Source of the DNA: an uncultured Candidatus Rokubacteria bacterium
Lineage (GTDB): Bacteria; Methylomirabilota; Methylomirabilia; Rokubacteriales; CSP1-6
DNA: 64,000 nt
NCBI GenBank assembly: GCA_963762145.1
Contig: CAVXJS010000011.1
Span: 64,001 to 128,000 of the forward strand
Direction of reading: 5' to 3'
In this document: piece by piece, positions 1 to 11,953 of the stretch
Layout: the number at the start of each line of letters is the position of its first letter
Position numbering within the stretch: position 1 is the first letter of the stretch
The notes under the pieces: generated by a model
Databases searched by the model: none
Told to the model about the DNA's origin: nothing
Seen by the model: only the letters and a program-made list of their open reading frames with translations
Position numbers and translations under genes: made by a program

Positions 1-2
1 GC

Positions 3-362
3 GTCACCGCGGTCTATGCGGTGAACACACTCCACGTGGCAGAGGATCTTGATTTCACGCTGGGCCAGATCCTGCGCACGCTCCGTCCAGGCGGCTGGTT
101 GATCGTATCCGAGTGCGTACGGCCGTACCCGCGCCAGACCATCTATGCCGAGTTCATTTTCAATCTGATCCGGACATTTCGATCTCCGCGCCTGCACCCG
201 GTCTACCGCCCGAATGGTGGATTTCTCACCCCCGACCAGTGGAAGGGGGCGATCGAGTCCGCTGGGTTCGCGGACACGCGGTTCGTCCCGGATCTCATGC
301 AGATCCGCCAGAAGGTTCCCGATTTCTTGGCCGGCGCGATCGGAGCGATCCGCCCGAACTGA
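3..362 (+). CDS. Class I SAM-dependent methyltransferase, C-terminal part (5' truncated by window edge)
   Basis: Frame open from window start: VTAVYAVNTLHVAEDLDFTLGQILRTLRPGGWLIVSE resembles the motif II/III region (D-x-V-x-A-x-N-x-L-H ... L-x-P-G-G-x-L) of type 11/12 methyltransferases. Confidence 0.7.
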   Translation, partial: VTAVYAVNTLHVAEDLDFTLGQILRTLRPGGWLIVSECVRPYPRQTIYAEFIFNLIRTFRSPRLHPVYRPNGGFLTPDQWKGAIESAGFADTRFVPDLMQIRQKVPDFLAGAIGAIRPN

Positions 363-430
363 GCTCGGAAATCGGGGATGCTCTGCGGTCGGCTCGTGGG
401 GCGGCCGGCCGGCGCCGCCGCGCCGCGGCT

Positions 431-2727
<2,297 letters not shown>

Positions 2728-2731
<4 letters not shown>

Positions 2732-4770
2732 GGCTGCCCCGCGGCCGGCAGCGAGGCGGTGAAGCTGACCTCGCCGCGGCCCTGTTTGGCTTCGAGCCGG
2801 CCTCCCTGGCTCTCGAAGATCCGCTGGCTCACGCTTGGTCCCACGTCGATGAGATTCTCCTGCACGACCTGGATCGGATCGAAGATCGCCTGCAGCTCCT
2901 CGGCCCGCACCTCCGTGGTACGGGAGGCCACCGTGAGGCGCACGCGTTCGTCGCTCGGCAGATGGGAGATCGATACCGAGATCTTGGCCTCGGGCGCAGG
3001 CGTCTTGCGCAGGAGGTACCAGACCAGGTAGGACAGGGCCTTCTTGAACATCGCGTGATCACCGCGGACCAGCAAGGGCGAGCCCTCGTGGGACAGGGTC
3101 GCGGTGACGTGCTTCTGGGTGGACTCGTCGGTGAAGGTGAGGAGGCGCGCCTGCCCCTCGCCGTCGGGAAGGGCCTGCGCGCCCAGCTCGGCCAGGCACT
3201 CTTCCGCCACTTGCCGCAAGTCGAGCGTCTCGCGCTTGTAGTCGCCGTCGTTCACGAGGGCGGCGAGCTTGTCGAAGATCTGCACGAGCCGGCGCACGTC
3301 CCGGCCGACCACCGACGAGAACTGGTTGCGGAACGTCGCGTCGTCGTAGCGCTCGCCGATCAGCTCCATGAAGGCGTTGATGGAGACGAGCGGGTTCTTG
3401 ATCTCGTCCGCGATACGGGCCACCACCTGGGTGAGGAGCTGGAGCTGCTCGGCGCCGCGCCGCTCCTGGGCGAGCAGGCGCTGGGCGGTCAGATCCTCGA
3501 ACATCAGCACCGCCCCCATCGGCTCGGGGCTATCGCCCATCACCGGGTAGGTCGAGACCTCCAGCGGCAGATTGCGGAGAGCGAGCTGCACCTCGACCCG
3601 CGTCACCGAGCGTCCTCGGGACAGGGCCTCGAAGAGCATGTCGCCGAGCGGGGAGGGCAGCACGCGCAGGTCGCGATTCAGCGCTTCGCGCGCCGGCAGC
3701 GCGAGGATCTCCGACGCGCGGCTATTGATCCCGACGACCTTCTGGTCGGTGTCGATGGTGATGACGCCACTCGACATGCGCGCGAGGATCCGCTCGGTGA
3801 AATCCTTCTCGTACTGGAGCAGGTGATGCACCCGGATGTCGCGGATGGCGGTGGCCAGGTGAGCGCCGATGTTGAACAAGGTCTCGGTCTCGTCGCGCCG
3901 GTACCCGCCGCCGGTGATCCGCTGGCCCAAGGAGAGAATGCCCACCAGCTCCCCGTGCGAGCTGAGCGGAATCGCCACTACCGATTGCAGGACGGCCAGC
4001 TCGCGGGCGATCTCGCGAGTTTCAGGATCCGTGGCGCGGCTCTGAGCCTCTTCGATCTGGATGAGTCGACCCTCGGTGGCCAGCCACCGAGGCAGGCCGC
4101 CGTCCGCGCTCAGGGCGAGCGACTCCACGACGTGAGGCGCGAGGGCGCGATACGCGGCGACGCGGTAGAGGCGAGTGACGGGATCCGCGAGCAGGATCGC
4201 GCAGCGGCTCGGACGCGCCAGCTCCGCGACCCCGTCGAGGAACTGGTCCAGCACGCGCGGCAGATCGAAGCCGGCCGCGAGGGCCTTCGCGAACTCCTTC
4301 GCCATCTGGGTGAGCGCGTGCGAGGACGCGGGCGGGGCCGGCACCGCGGCGTCGTGCGCGCTCTCCGCGACCGGGCGCCGCGTCGACCGCAGGGCGGCCA
4401 CTTCCTGCAGCAGGCGGAGCTTGTCCTCGGCCTGCTTGAGCAGGGCCTGCAAGTGCCGGGTCGTGAACGGCTGGAGTAGCACGAAGTCGGCCGCCTCCGC
4501 CGCGCTCTCGTCCTCGGAGCTCGTGGAGCTCGGATTGAGTACGCACACGATGACCCCGGTGGGGCATAGGTGCCGCGCCCGCGTGATGAACGGGGCGAGA
4601 TGTTTGAGAGGTGGCGTGGCCTCCTTGATGATCAGCTCCATCTCGGTGAGGCGCAGGGTTCGCAGCGCCTCGTCATCCGAGGTGGCGGTGAAGACGGAGC
4701 TGTCCTCCAAGGCCCGAAGCAGCTTGGGGCGGAGCGACTCGCTCGCCGAGACCAGGAGGACGGTCTTCAC
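2728..4770 (-). CDS. Pseudo-histidine kinase (degenerate REC-GAF-PAS-HisKA-degenerate HATPase)
   Basis: H-box reads ARIADEIKNPL (His->Asp). N and G boxes are lost (KALSYLVWYL, SRTTEV, ENLIDVGPSVS). N-terminal REC-like domain lacks acidic pocket. GTGA overlap with upstream gene. Confidence 0.85.
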
Positions 4771-7271
4771 GGCGTGGCGTGCGCGGGCCGGCCCGAGGGG
4801 ACGGGGAACTCGACGGTGAACGTGCAGCCGGGCCGCCCGACGTTGTTCCGGGCGTGGATTCGCGCGCGGTGGGCGTCGGCGATGCTCCGGCAGATGGCGA
4901 GGCCCAGCCCCGTGCCCTGGGGCTTAGTGGTCACGAAGGGGTCGAAGATGGTCCCGAGGAGGTGGTCGGGGATGCCGGGACCGGTGTCCGCGACCTCGAC
5001 GAGCAGCGTGCTACCGCCTCCCTCGGAGAGGTCGGCTACACGTACGGTCAACTCGCCGCCGGGTTCCATTGCTTGGATGGCATTTAAGCACAGGTTCAGA
5101 AAAAGCTGCTGCAACTGTGAGGCATTGCCGAGCACCGGCCGTCGCGTCTGCTCGCCGACCCGCCGGAGCTGAATCTTGCGGTCGACGAGCTCGGCGTGGA
5201 GGGTCTCCAGGGTGTCGCGCAGCGGGTCCGAGACGTCGACCATCTCCATGGGATGCTGGGAGGCCCGCGACATCGTGCGGAACCGGCTCAGCAGATCGTC
5301 GATGCGCCCGATCTCCCGGCCGGCCGACCGGGAGAACATCTCGCGGAACTCCTCGTTCGCGCCGCGTGTGGGCAGGAGCTGCGCGTAGGTCTTGATCCCG
5401 ACGAGGGGATTGCGGATCTCGTGGATCAGGCCCGACGCGATCGCCTCGATCGAGGCCAGGCGCTCCGCCCGCCGCTTCTCCTGCTCCAGCTCCTTGAGCC
5501 GCGACATGTCGGCGAGCACCGCGACCGCACCCAGCGGCGCCCCGTCCGGCCCGCGCAGCGGCGACGTGGAGCACATGAGCGGCACCATCTGGCCCGCCGC
5601 GTCGGGTAGCGAGAACTCGATCTGGGACCGCGGCTCGCCATCGAGTGCGGTGGCGTGGAGCGCGCCGCCGAGCGGATTGGGCAGGCATTCGGGTGACTGG
5701 CCGCGCGCCACCTGGGCCGCCGTCCCGGTGAGCTGCTCGGCCGCCCGATTGAACAGGGTGATACGCCCGCGCGGCCCCACGGCCACGACCCCACTCTCGA
5801 TGGTCTCGAGGACCTTCCGCATCTCCTCGTTGACCTGGACCACGCGCGCGTGAGTCTGCGCGTTCCGCACCGCGACCGCTGCCTGGTTGGCGAGCGTTGT
5901 GAGCAAGTCGGCATCATTACTGAAATATGGATCGCCCGACCGCTTGGGGCCGAGGACGAGGAAGCCTATTAGTTCGTTCTCCTCGACGATCGGTCCGACT
6001 ACCTCTGCCCGGAGCTCATCCAACTCTCGAAGTAAGTGGTCGGTGTCGGTTGCTCGTGTAGAAACGATCTCGTCCCGAAAGACAAGCAGACGATTCTTGT
6101 CTAAAGTCAGTATCAAGGCTGAAGTTATCGGCAAAGCTGCTCCGAGACTTCCTGAGTAGAGGTTCCACTCCAACCTAAACTCATGATCTTCATGGTCGAG
6201 CAAGTATATGGACATCCCGTCTGGACGCAGCGTCGATGCTAGAGCGCGCCCTACGTGACCAAGAATTGCCTGCAGGTCTATCGTCGCGGTAAGCGCGCGA
6301 CTTGCTTCCCGGACTGTACGTGGATAGTCATACGGTTCCCGGTACAGGTAGAGGTCCAGTAAATGCTGGACCCGAGACTTTACGGATTGAAACGCCAAGG
6401 CAACGATCAGAGACAGTGCGATGTCGCGGAGCGAGAATCCGTGCTCGAGAGGCAGCAGGAAATTTGAGCTGAACAGGAGAGCGACGAAGAGTGCGGCGCT
6501 GCTAAGGAACGTGACGAGATAGACCACGCCTCGTCTGATGACCACGCGAATGTCCATGAATCGGTGCCGAATTATCGCGTGAGCAACCATCGCGATCATG
6601 ATCAGCGAAAATACTGGACCGAGCCCATTATAGGCTGATGTTCCAGCTACCAGAGGCACGAAGACATTCGTGGTTGTTGCCAATACTCCCGGAACGATGA
6701 ACGCGACAAACAAGTAGCCGGCTTGGGTCTTCTGAAACCCAGTGAGACGCTTGTACTGTCGAGCTAGCGTCGAGGCGGCAAGGGCAAAGCAAACGATCGT
6801 GTAACTCGCAAAGAGCGGATGCAAGAAACCATAGATAGGTCGCATCCCATACGCTTCGCGCGTGACTCCGCTGACCATCCAAGGTGAGAACGAGAGCGCC
6901 GACAGGCCGATCGCAACAGCGGCCAGTAGACGAAGCCGCCGCCTTTGGACAGTCTCTGGTGCTCCGAAGTGCACTACGAAGAGAAGGACGCCGAAAGGAC
7001 AGAGACTTCCTGCCCCGAAGGCGGCCCGGATGGCGAGTTCGAAGGAATCTGGCTGGAACCGTCCCCAGGACAATGCCATCGTCCACAAACCAATCGTCAG
7101 GGCAGTGAACGCGAATGCGCGGTTTAGTGACACGGATGGATTTCGACGATAAACATACAGACCAATGCCAACATTTAGGATGGCAATCCAGGCGAGCAAC
7201 AACGCGGCAATCGGCACCTGGCTCAGTTCAGTCGTCTCCTTGCATTGCTCGGGGCGCCGTTGGGCCGACAA
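4767..7271 (-). CDS. Membrane sensor histidine kinase, N-terminal 7TM (HisKA_7TM-like)-GAF-PAS-HisKA-HATPase
   Basis: About 300 aa of multiple hydrophobic helices (YRRNP..NRAF, RPIYGFLHP, AHAIIRHRFMDI), GAF end KRSGDPYF, H-box GLIHEIRNPL, G boxes DTGPGI/GTGLGL. Start uncertain (TTG 7271 or GTG 7217). Confidence 0.9.
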   Translation of the reverse strand: MSAQRRPEQCKETTELSQVPIAALLLAWIAILNVGIGLYVYRRNPSVSLNRAFAFTALTIGLWTMALSWGRFQPDSFELAIRAAFGAGSLCPFGVLLFVVHFGAPETVQRRRLRLLAAVAIGLSALSFSPWMVSGVTREAYGMRPIYGFLHPLFASYTIVCFALAASTLARQYKRLTGFQKTQAGYLFVAFIVPGVLATTTNVFVPLVAGTSAYNGLGPVFSLIMIAMVAHAIIRHRFMDIRVVIRRGVVYLVTFLSSAALFVALLFSSNFLLPLEHGFSLRDIALSLIVALAFQSVKSRVQHLLDLYLYREPYDYPRTVREASRALTATIDLQAILGHVGRALASTLRPDGMSIYLLDHEDHEFRLEWNLYSGSLGAALPITSALILTLDKNRLLVFRDEIVSTRATDTDHLLRELDELRAEVVGPIVEENELIGFLVLGPKRSGDPYFSNDADLLTTLANQAAVAVRNAQTHARVVQVNEEMRKVLETIESGVVAVGPRGRITLFNRAAEQLTGTAAQVARGQSPECLPNPLGGALHATALDGEPRSQIEFSLPDAAGQMVPLMCSTSPLRGPDGAPLGAVAVLADMSRLKELEQEKRRAERLASIEAIASGLIHEIRNPLVGIKTYAQLLPTRGANEEFREMFSRSAGREIGRIDDLLSRFRTMSRASQHPMEMVDVSDPLRDTLETLHAELVDRKIQLRRVGEQTRRPVLGNASQLQQLFLNLCLNAIQAMEPGGELTVRVADLSEGGGSTLLVEVADTGPGIPDHLLGTIFDPFVTTKPQGTGLGLAICRSIADAHRARIHARNNVGRPGCTFTVEFPVPSGRPAHATP

Positions 7272-7286
7272 TCCACGCGAGTGAGC

Positions 7287-9782
7287 CTAGCTGCGAAGTG
7301 CTGTCTTCTGTAGTAACTCAGCAGCCGCAGTAGGTACGGGTAGTTCTACGATCATCGTAGTACCCCGGCCAGTCAGGTTGCGCTCGACACGAATGGTTCC
7401 GCGATGCGCGTCTGTAATGCCACGGCAGATGGTCAACCCGAGGCCCGAGCCACGAGACTTAGTGGTAAAGAACGGATCGAAGATGTTGGCGGCAACTGCA
7501 TCGGATATCCCCGGTCCGGTGTCAGAGACATCGACAACAATCAGTGGCATGCCTTGCGAGTGCCGTCGTGTGATCCTAACGGTCAGTGCACCATCGGTGC
7601 CCATAGCTTCAATTGCATTGAGAAACAAGTTGAGGAAGAGTTGCTTGAGCTGACTTTCCTCGATGCTCACAAACGGTGCTGGGTCCTCGAACTCGCGCAC
7701 AACTGCCGTGCGGGTTTGCTCCAATTGACCTCTCAACAATGTCAGAGTGTCGTTGATCGGATCCCGGAGATCGACGGCGCCAACCTGCTGAGGTGCCGTT
7801 GTGGCAAGGCCTCGCAATCGAGCGACGAGATCGTCGATGCGGGAGATCTCTTTAATTACAACCTTGGAAAAGTCTTCCCGAAATTCGACGTCACCGAATC
7901 GCTCCGGAAGCAGCTCAGCAAAGGTGCGTATGGCGACGAGAGGATTCTTGATCTCGTGTGCAATGCCCGCCGCAAGGGCTCCGAAAGAAGCTAGGCGCTC
8001 GGCACGCTGCTTCTCCCGTTCGAGGTCCTTGAGCCGGGTCAGGTCAGTGAAGACTATGAGCGCCCCGTGTGTTGTTCCGTCCTTGTCTTGGAGCTTAGTT
8101 GTTGAGTACACGAGGGGCAGACCCGATCCATCACGTTGATGTAGAACCGTCTCGAGTTGGGAATGGGCGGACCCTTCGAGGAGAGTGCTCCGAAGCGGCC
8201 CAGCCAGCGGTGTGGGTAGGTCGTTGTAGGAGAGACCGGCGGACGATGAAAACCGCATATTGGTTAGCCGGTCCGCCGCGGGATTAAACAGGGAGATGTG
8301 TCCGGTGGCGTCTACCGCGATTACGCCGCTTTCCATAGTCGAGAGGATGTTATCGACGTATTCATTGGCTACGACAACTTGACTGTAGAGGTGGGCGTTC
8401 TTCACTGCGACGGCAGCCTGACTGGCCAATGTTGAGAGGAGGTCGATGTCGCGGGAGTAAAACGGGTCGCCGGAGCGTTTTTCGCCAATGATGATGAAGC
8501 CGGCCAGCACTTCATCCTGAAATAGAGGGAATAGAATCTCGCCGCCAACACGCTCCAACATGTTGGCGGCGTCAGATAGCAGGGCGTGATCAGTGTCGAG
8601 TACATCATCTCGGGTGAGGGTGCGCTTGTGGATGCTCAGATAGGAAGGCAGTGCCGAAGCGTAGGGGATGGGGGCAATGGAATAACCGGCTGGTCGTTGA
8701 TCAGATGTAGCAATCTCCGGCGCGGAGAAGGCGCGGAGAGCGTCGTTTCGAAGGTAGATTTGAACAAGTTCGACTTTAAACGTCCTGCGGACGGTGTCAG
8801 CGAGGTAGCCGAGAAGCGACTGTAGATCGAGCATGGTGCTCAAGCGAAGCGTAGTCTCGCGAAGTGTTCGCTGGTAGTCGTACGTATGCCGATACACGTA
8901 TCTGTTTAGCGTCGCCTGCAGCCAGTCCTTTAGGGGCCCGAAGAATACGGAGACCGCTATAGCGAGCAGCAGTGCTTCAAGGATCGGAATCGTTGTTCTT
9001 TGGAATCCGGTTACGTGATGTAGCGCTTCAACGAGAGCGAAGAACGTCGATGCGGTTACTACGATGGCCCCCACATAGACGACACCATTGCGAATCACCA
9101 ACTGGATGTCCAGGAGACGGTGTCGAATGATTGCGTGTGCAATGATCGCAATCATTAACATCCCGAAGAGCGGCCCATAGGGACTGAATCGCGACGTCTC
9201 GAAGACGAGCGGAATGAGGAGATTGGTGACGGTCGCTCCGAGAGCGGCAATCAAGACGGCAGCGAACAGGTAGCGAACCTGAAGTTTCTCCAGGCCGGTC
9301 AGAGATCGGAGTTTCCGGACGAGAATAAAGAGACTTGTTCCGAAGCAACAAATGAGATACACCGCGAACGGCAAATGGAGTGGTCCGTGGAGTACCTGAA
9401 GAGTGCCGTCCTTCGATGCAGTATTGCGGACCATCAAAGACGTGAACGAGACGATGAACGAGATGGCCGCTACTATCGAGAACAAGTTCAGAAGGCGCCG
9501 AGAGGCATGCGGCTGGAAGGTTGGAAAGACATCAGCGAACCGTAGGAAGGTTATCGGAATAAGCGAGGCGGAGGCGAACGCGAGTCGGGCCCAGACGGTC
9601 CCTGAGTCGTATCCAGCGTACGATGACACGAGGCCGTTACTGAGCGTCCAAGCAGCGACAGCAAGAGAGAAGAAGGCGAAATGCCGATTGATTGCCTTAA
9701 GTGGATTCTTCAGATAGACGAAGAGGCCAAGCCCGAAGTTGGCGATGGCAGCTATGACAATAAATGTGAGGCGGCCCGTCAT
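7287..9782 (-). CDS. Second 7TM-GAF-PAS sensor histidine kinase (paralog of 4767-7271)
   Basis: True start is probably ATG 9782 (MTGRLTFIVIAAIANFGLG), overlapping the ketosynthase stop as ATGA. YLKNP..NRHF, AHAIIRHRLLDI, KRSGDPFY, H-box GIAHEIKNPL, DTGPGI, GSGLGL. Confidence 0.92.
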   Translation of the reverse strand: MTGRLTFIVIAAIANFGLGLFVYLKNPLKAINRHFAFFSLAVAAWTLSNGLVSSYAGYDSGTVWARLAFASASLIPITFLRFADVFPTFQPHASRRLLNLFSIVAAISFIVSFTSLMVRNTASKDGTLQVLHGPLHLPFAVYLICCFGTSLFILVRKLRSLTGLEKLQVRYLFAAVLIAALGATVTNLLIPLVFETSRFSPYGPLFGMLMIAIIAHAIIRHRLLDIQLVIRNGVVYVGAIVVTASTFFALVEALHHVTGFQRTTIPILEALLLAIAVSVFFGPLKDWLQATLNRYVYRHTYDYQRTLRETTLRLSTMLDLQSLLGYLADTVRRTFKVELVQIYLRNDALRAFSAPEIATSDQRPAGYSIAPIPYASALPSYLSIHKRTLTRDDVLDTDHALLSDAANMLERVGGEILFPLFQDEVLAGFIIIGEKRSGDPFYSRDIDLLSTLASQAAVAVKNAHLYSQVVVANEYVDNILSTMESGVIAVDATGHISLFNPAADRLTNMRFSSSAGLSYNDLPTPLAGPLRSTLLEGSAHSQLETVLHQRDGSGLPLVYSTTKLQDKDGTTHGALIVFTDLTRLKDLEREKQRAERLASFGALAAGIAHEIKNPLVAIRTFAELLPERFGDVEFREDFSKVVIKEISRIDDLVARLRGLATTAPQQVGAVDLRDPINDTLTLLRGQLEQTRTAVVREFEDPAPFVSIEESQLKQLFLNLFLNAIEAMGTDGALTVRITRRHSQGMPLIVVDVSDTGPGISDAVAANIFDPFFTTKSRGSGLGLTICRGITDAHRGTIRVERNLTGRGTTMIVELPVPTAAAELLQKTALRS

Positions 9783-11032
9783 CGGAGGTTCGACTTCCCC
9801 AGGATGAGAACTGAATGAGTGCCGCCCATCGCGTGTGCATTGATCAACACAGTCCGGACTCGAGAGATACGGGCTTCGTTCGGGACGTAGTCGAGATCGC
9901 ACTCAGGGTCGGGGACTTCGTAGTTGATCGTCGGGGGAAGTATGGAGTGTTCGAGAGTAAGGCAGCTGGCGACCGTCTGGAACGCGCTCGCAGCTCCCAT
10001 TGCATGGCCGATCATGGACTTGATCGAGCTCACCGGGATGGAGTAGGCTCTCTTGCCAAAAACCTGATGGAATGCGCGCGTTTCGATTAGGTCGTAGTCG
10101 GGCAAGGAATTGCCGTGGGCATTTATGTAGTCAATGTCCTCGGGTCTGAGGCTCGCAGCCTCGAGGGCAGAGTTAATTGCCTCGGCGAGCGCAAGCTCCG
10201 CTGCGTTCATCCTATTGCCAAACCCGCCCTCATTTCCGCTTCCGAACCCCAGTACCTCAGCGTAGATATTTGCACCTCGGTCGAGAGCGTGGCCGAGTTC
10301 CTCGAGAATGCAGATCGCTGCTCCTTCTCCGAGTACGAGCCCGTCTCTGCGCCTGTCGTAGGGGCGCGAAGCCTTGAGCGGCGGGTCATCGAACTTGGAT
10401 AGTGCCCCCAGCGCACAAAGAGTCGCAAAGCAGAACTCGGAAATTGGGGCCTCGGTGCTGCCTGCGAAAACTACGTCTGCCTCGTTCTCTCGGATCCGAT
10501 CGGCCGCCCACTGGATTGCGTCGACGCCGGTAGCGCAGGCAGATGCGATGGTCATTCCTTGCCCGCGGATGCCAAGTTCCGACGACACGTGACTAACGGG
10601 AGCATGAGCAGCGAACTCGATCCCGCTCATCGTCGGAATACCCTTCATGCCCTCGCGATCGAAGCCAAGGCGAGCGGTCTCGTACACGTCGCCCGAGCCA
10701 TTCATGGAATTGCCTAGGCAAGCGAAAACCCGCCTGGCCGGCTCAATCCCGAGATCAATACCTGCATCGGCCTGCGCGAGCTTTGCGGCGCCGACAGCAA
10801 ACTGGGAAAATCTGCCGCGATGCTTCGTCCTTCGCACGTGCATGAACGCCTTCGGGTCGAAGTCTCGTATCTCGCCGGCAACCTGGCAGGGGTAGGGCGA
10901 AGCATCGAACGCGGTGATGTAATCGATGGCGGACTTGCCCGCGATCAGGTTCTGCCAGAAGGTTTCCTTGCCGATGCCGTTGGGGGCAACGACACCCAAC
11001 CCCGTAATAACTACTCGCCGGGAGTTCTTCAT
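9779..11032 (-). CDS. Stand-alone beta-ketoacyl-ACP synthase (FabF/KAS II-like), divergent active-site motifs
   Basis: RRVVITGLG N-terminus, catalytic Cys in TIASACATG, His in INAHG and KSMIGH, SRPYDRRRDGLVLGEG. C-terminal NAHAMGG instead of NSFGFGG. AGGGGG SD-like sequence upstream. Confidence 0.9.
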   Translation of the reverse strand: MKNSRRVVITGLGVVAPNGIGKETFWQNLIAGKSAIDYITAFDASPYPCQVAGEIRDFDPKAFMHVRRTKHRGRFSQFAVGAAKLAQADAGIDLGIEPARRVFACLGNSMNGSGDVYETARLGFDREGMKGIPTMSGIEFAAHAPVSHVSSELGIRGQGMTIASACATGVDAIQWAADRIRENEADVVFAGSTEAPISEFCFATLCALGALSKFDDPPLKASRPYDRRRDGLVLGEGAAICILEELGHALDRGANIYAEVLGFGSGNEGGFGNRMNAAELALAEAINSALEAASLRPEDIDYINAHGNSLPDYDLIETRAFHQVFGKRAYSIPVSSIKSMIGHAMGAASAFQTVASCLTLEHSILPPTINYEVPDPECDLDYVPNEARISRVRTVLINAHAMGGTHSVLILGKSNLR

Positions 11033-11149
11033 CAGGCCCGTGCCCCCTAAGGGTGCGTGATAAAAGGTGGGATAGAGCCTATAAAGTAGCAGGAAATAAA
11101 TCTAAAACCAAATCCCGTCGTCCGGGTGCGTCGAGTAGAATGCCACCAT

Positions 11150-11953
11150 ATGGAGCACTTGCTGAGCCGACGGCAGCTGCTGGTCGCCCTGCCGCTCGGG
11201 CTGTTGTTCGGCCTCCGCCGGGCCCAGGCCTTGGAAGACGGCCGATCCGCCTTCAACTACAAGCTTGATCTATCTGTTCTCTTTAGCTTTTTGACTCTTT
11301 CCGTGACCGGCACCGCGGTTCAGGAGATTGACCGCCGGGCCGGGAAGTATCGGATGACGATGGAGGGGCAGGGCACGGGGATCAGCACCCGCACGGAGGC
11401 CAATGGCATCATCCGGGACGGCCGCTTCAAGCCGGTCGAGACGAAGGCGGTCCACCACTTCAGGAACCGCCAGAACACCTCTATCACCACCTACGACTAC
11501 ACTCGGCAGCGAGCCGAGATCCACGCGGTCAGCCACACACTGCTGCTGGGCCGCCGCCGGCAGATAGACGACGTCTTGGCCATTCCCCCGGAGCGCCACG
11601 TGGACGATCTCATCTCGGCCGCGCTGAACTTTGCCGAGGACTTGCTCGACCGCGAACCGGATGGCACGTACCACACCTGGGTGGTCCGTCGGGCCCGCGC
11701 CGCCAACGAAGGGCCGGACGACGTCTCGCCGGACGGTTACCGTGCCGAGCTGGTCCCGCTGCGCTTCCGCCCGACCCCCGACCCGGCCACCGGGGGTCTC
11801 ACCACGCAGATCGACATCACCCGCTTCTCGTCCTGGGCCCGCCCCGACCAGCCCGCCCGGGTCACGTTCGCGCCGGACCGGCAGCTCTCGTCCGTCCAAT
11901 CGGTCCTGCAGTACGGGACGACCCTCAACGTGCGTGTGACAGGCACCGCGTGA
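11150..11953 (+). CDS. Tat-exported beta-rich protein, DUF3108-like
   Basis: Start ATG 11150: MEHLLSRRQLLVALPLGLLFGLRRAQA is a twin-arginine signal (SRRQLL, AQA cleavage site). Family assignment by resemblance only. Confidence 0.6.
   Translation: MEHLLSRRQLLVALPLGLLFGLRRAQALEDGRSAFNYKLDLSVLFSFLTLSVTGTAVQEIDRRAGKYRMTMEGQGTGISTRTEANGIIRDGRFKPVETKAVHHFRNRQNTSITTYDYTRQRAEIHAVSHTLLLGRRRQIDDVLAIPPERHVDDLISAALNFAEDLLDREPDGTYHTWVVRRARAANEGPDDVSPDGYRAELVPLRFRPTPDPATGGLTTQIDITRFSSWARPDQPARVTFAPDRQLSSVQSVLQYGTTLNVRVTGTA

Larger units (their letters stand above)
5900..11130. other. Low-GC segment covering the ketosynthase, one whole 7TM kinase and the sensor half of the second
   Basis: Hand counts: 6121-6180 = 30/60 GC, 9301-9360 = 26/60, 10081-10140 = 28/60, versus 43/60 at 5461-5520 in the same gene's kinase core. 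Boundaries approximate. Confidence 0.8.

Noticed and set aside
4767-9782. 7TM kinases as PrsK of a PEP-CTERM/exosortase system
   Set aside because: Similar TM-GAF-kinase plan, but no adjacent PrsR, exosortase or PEP-CTERM genes in the window, and these proteins carry an additional PAS domain
9779-11032. Ketosynthase as housekeeping fabF or type II PKS KS-alpha
   Set aside because: No acpP/fabG/fabD or chain-length factor nearby, motifs diverge and GC is atypical, so no gene symbol was assigned
5900-11130. Low-GC segment as prophage, ICE or transposon
   Set aside because: No integrase, transposase, tRNA or att-like repeats. The edge falls within an intact ORF
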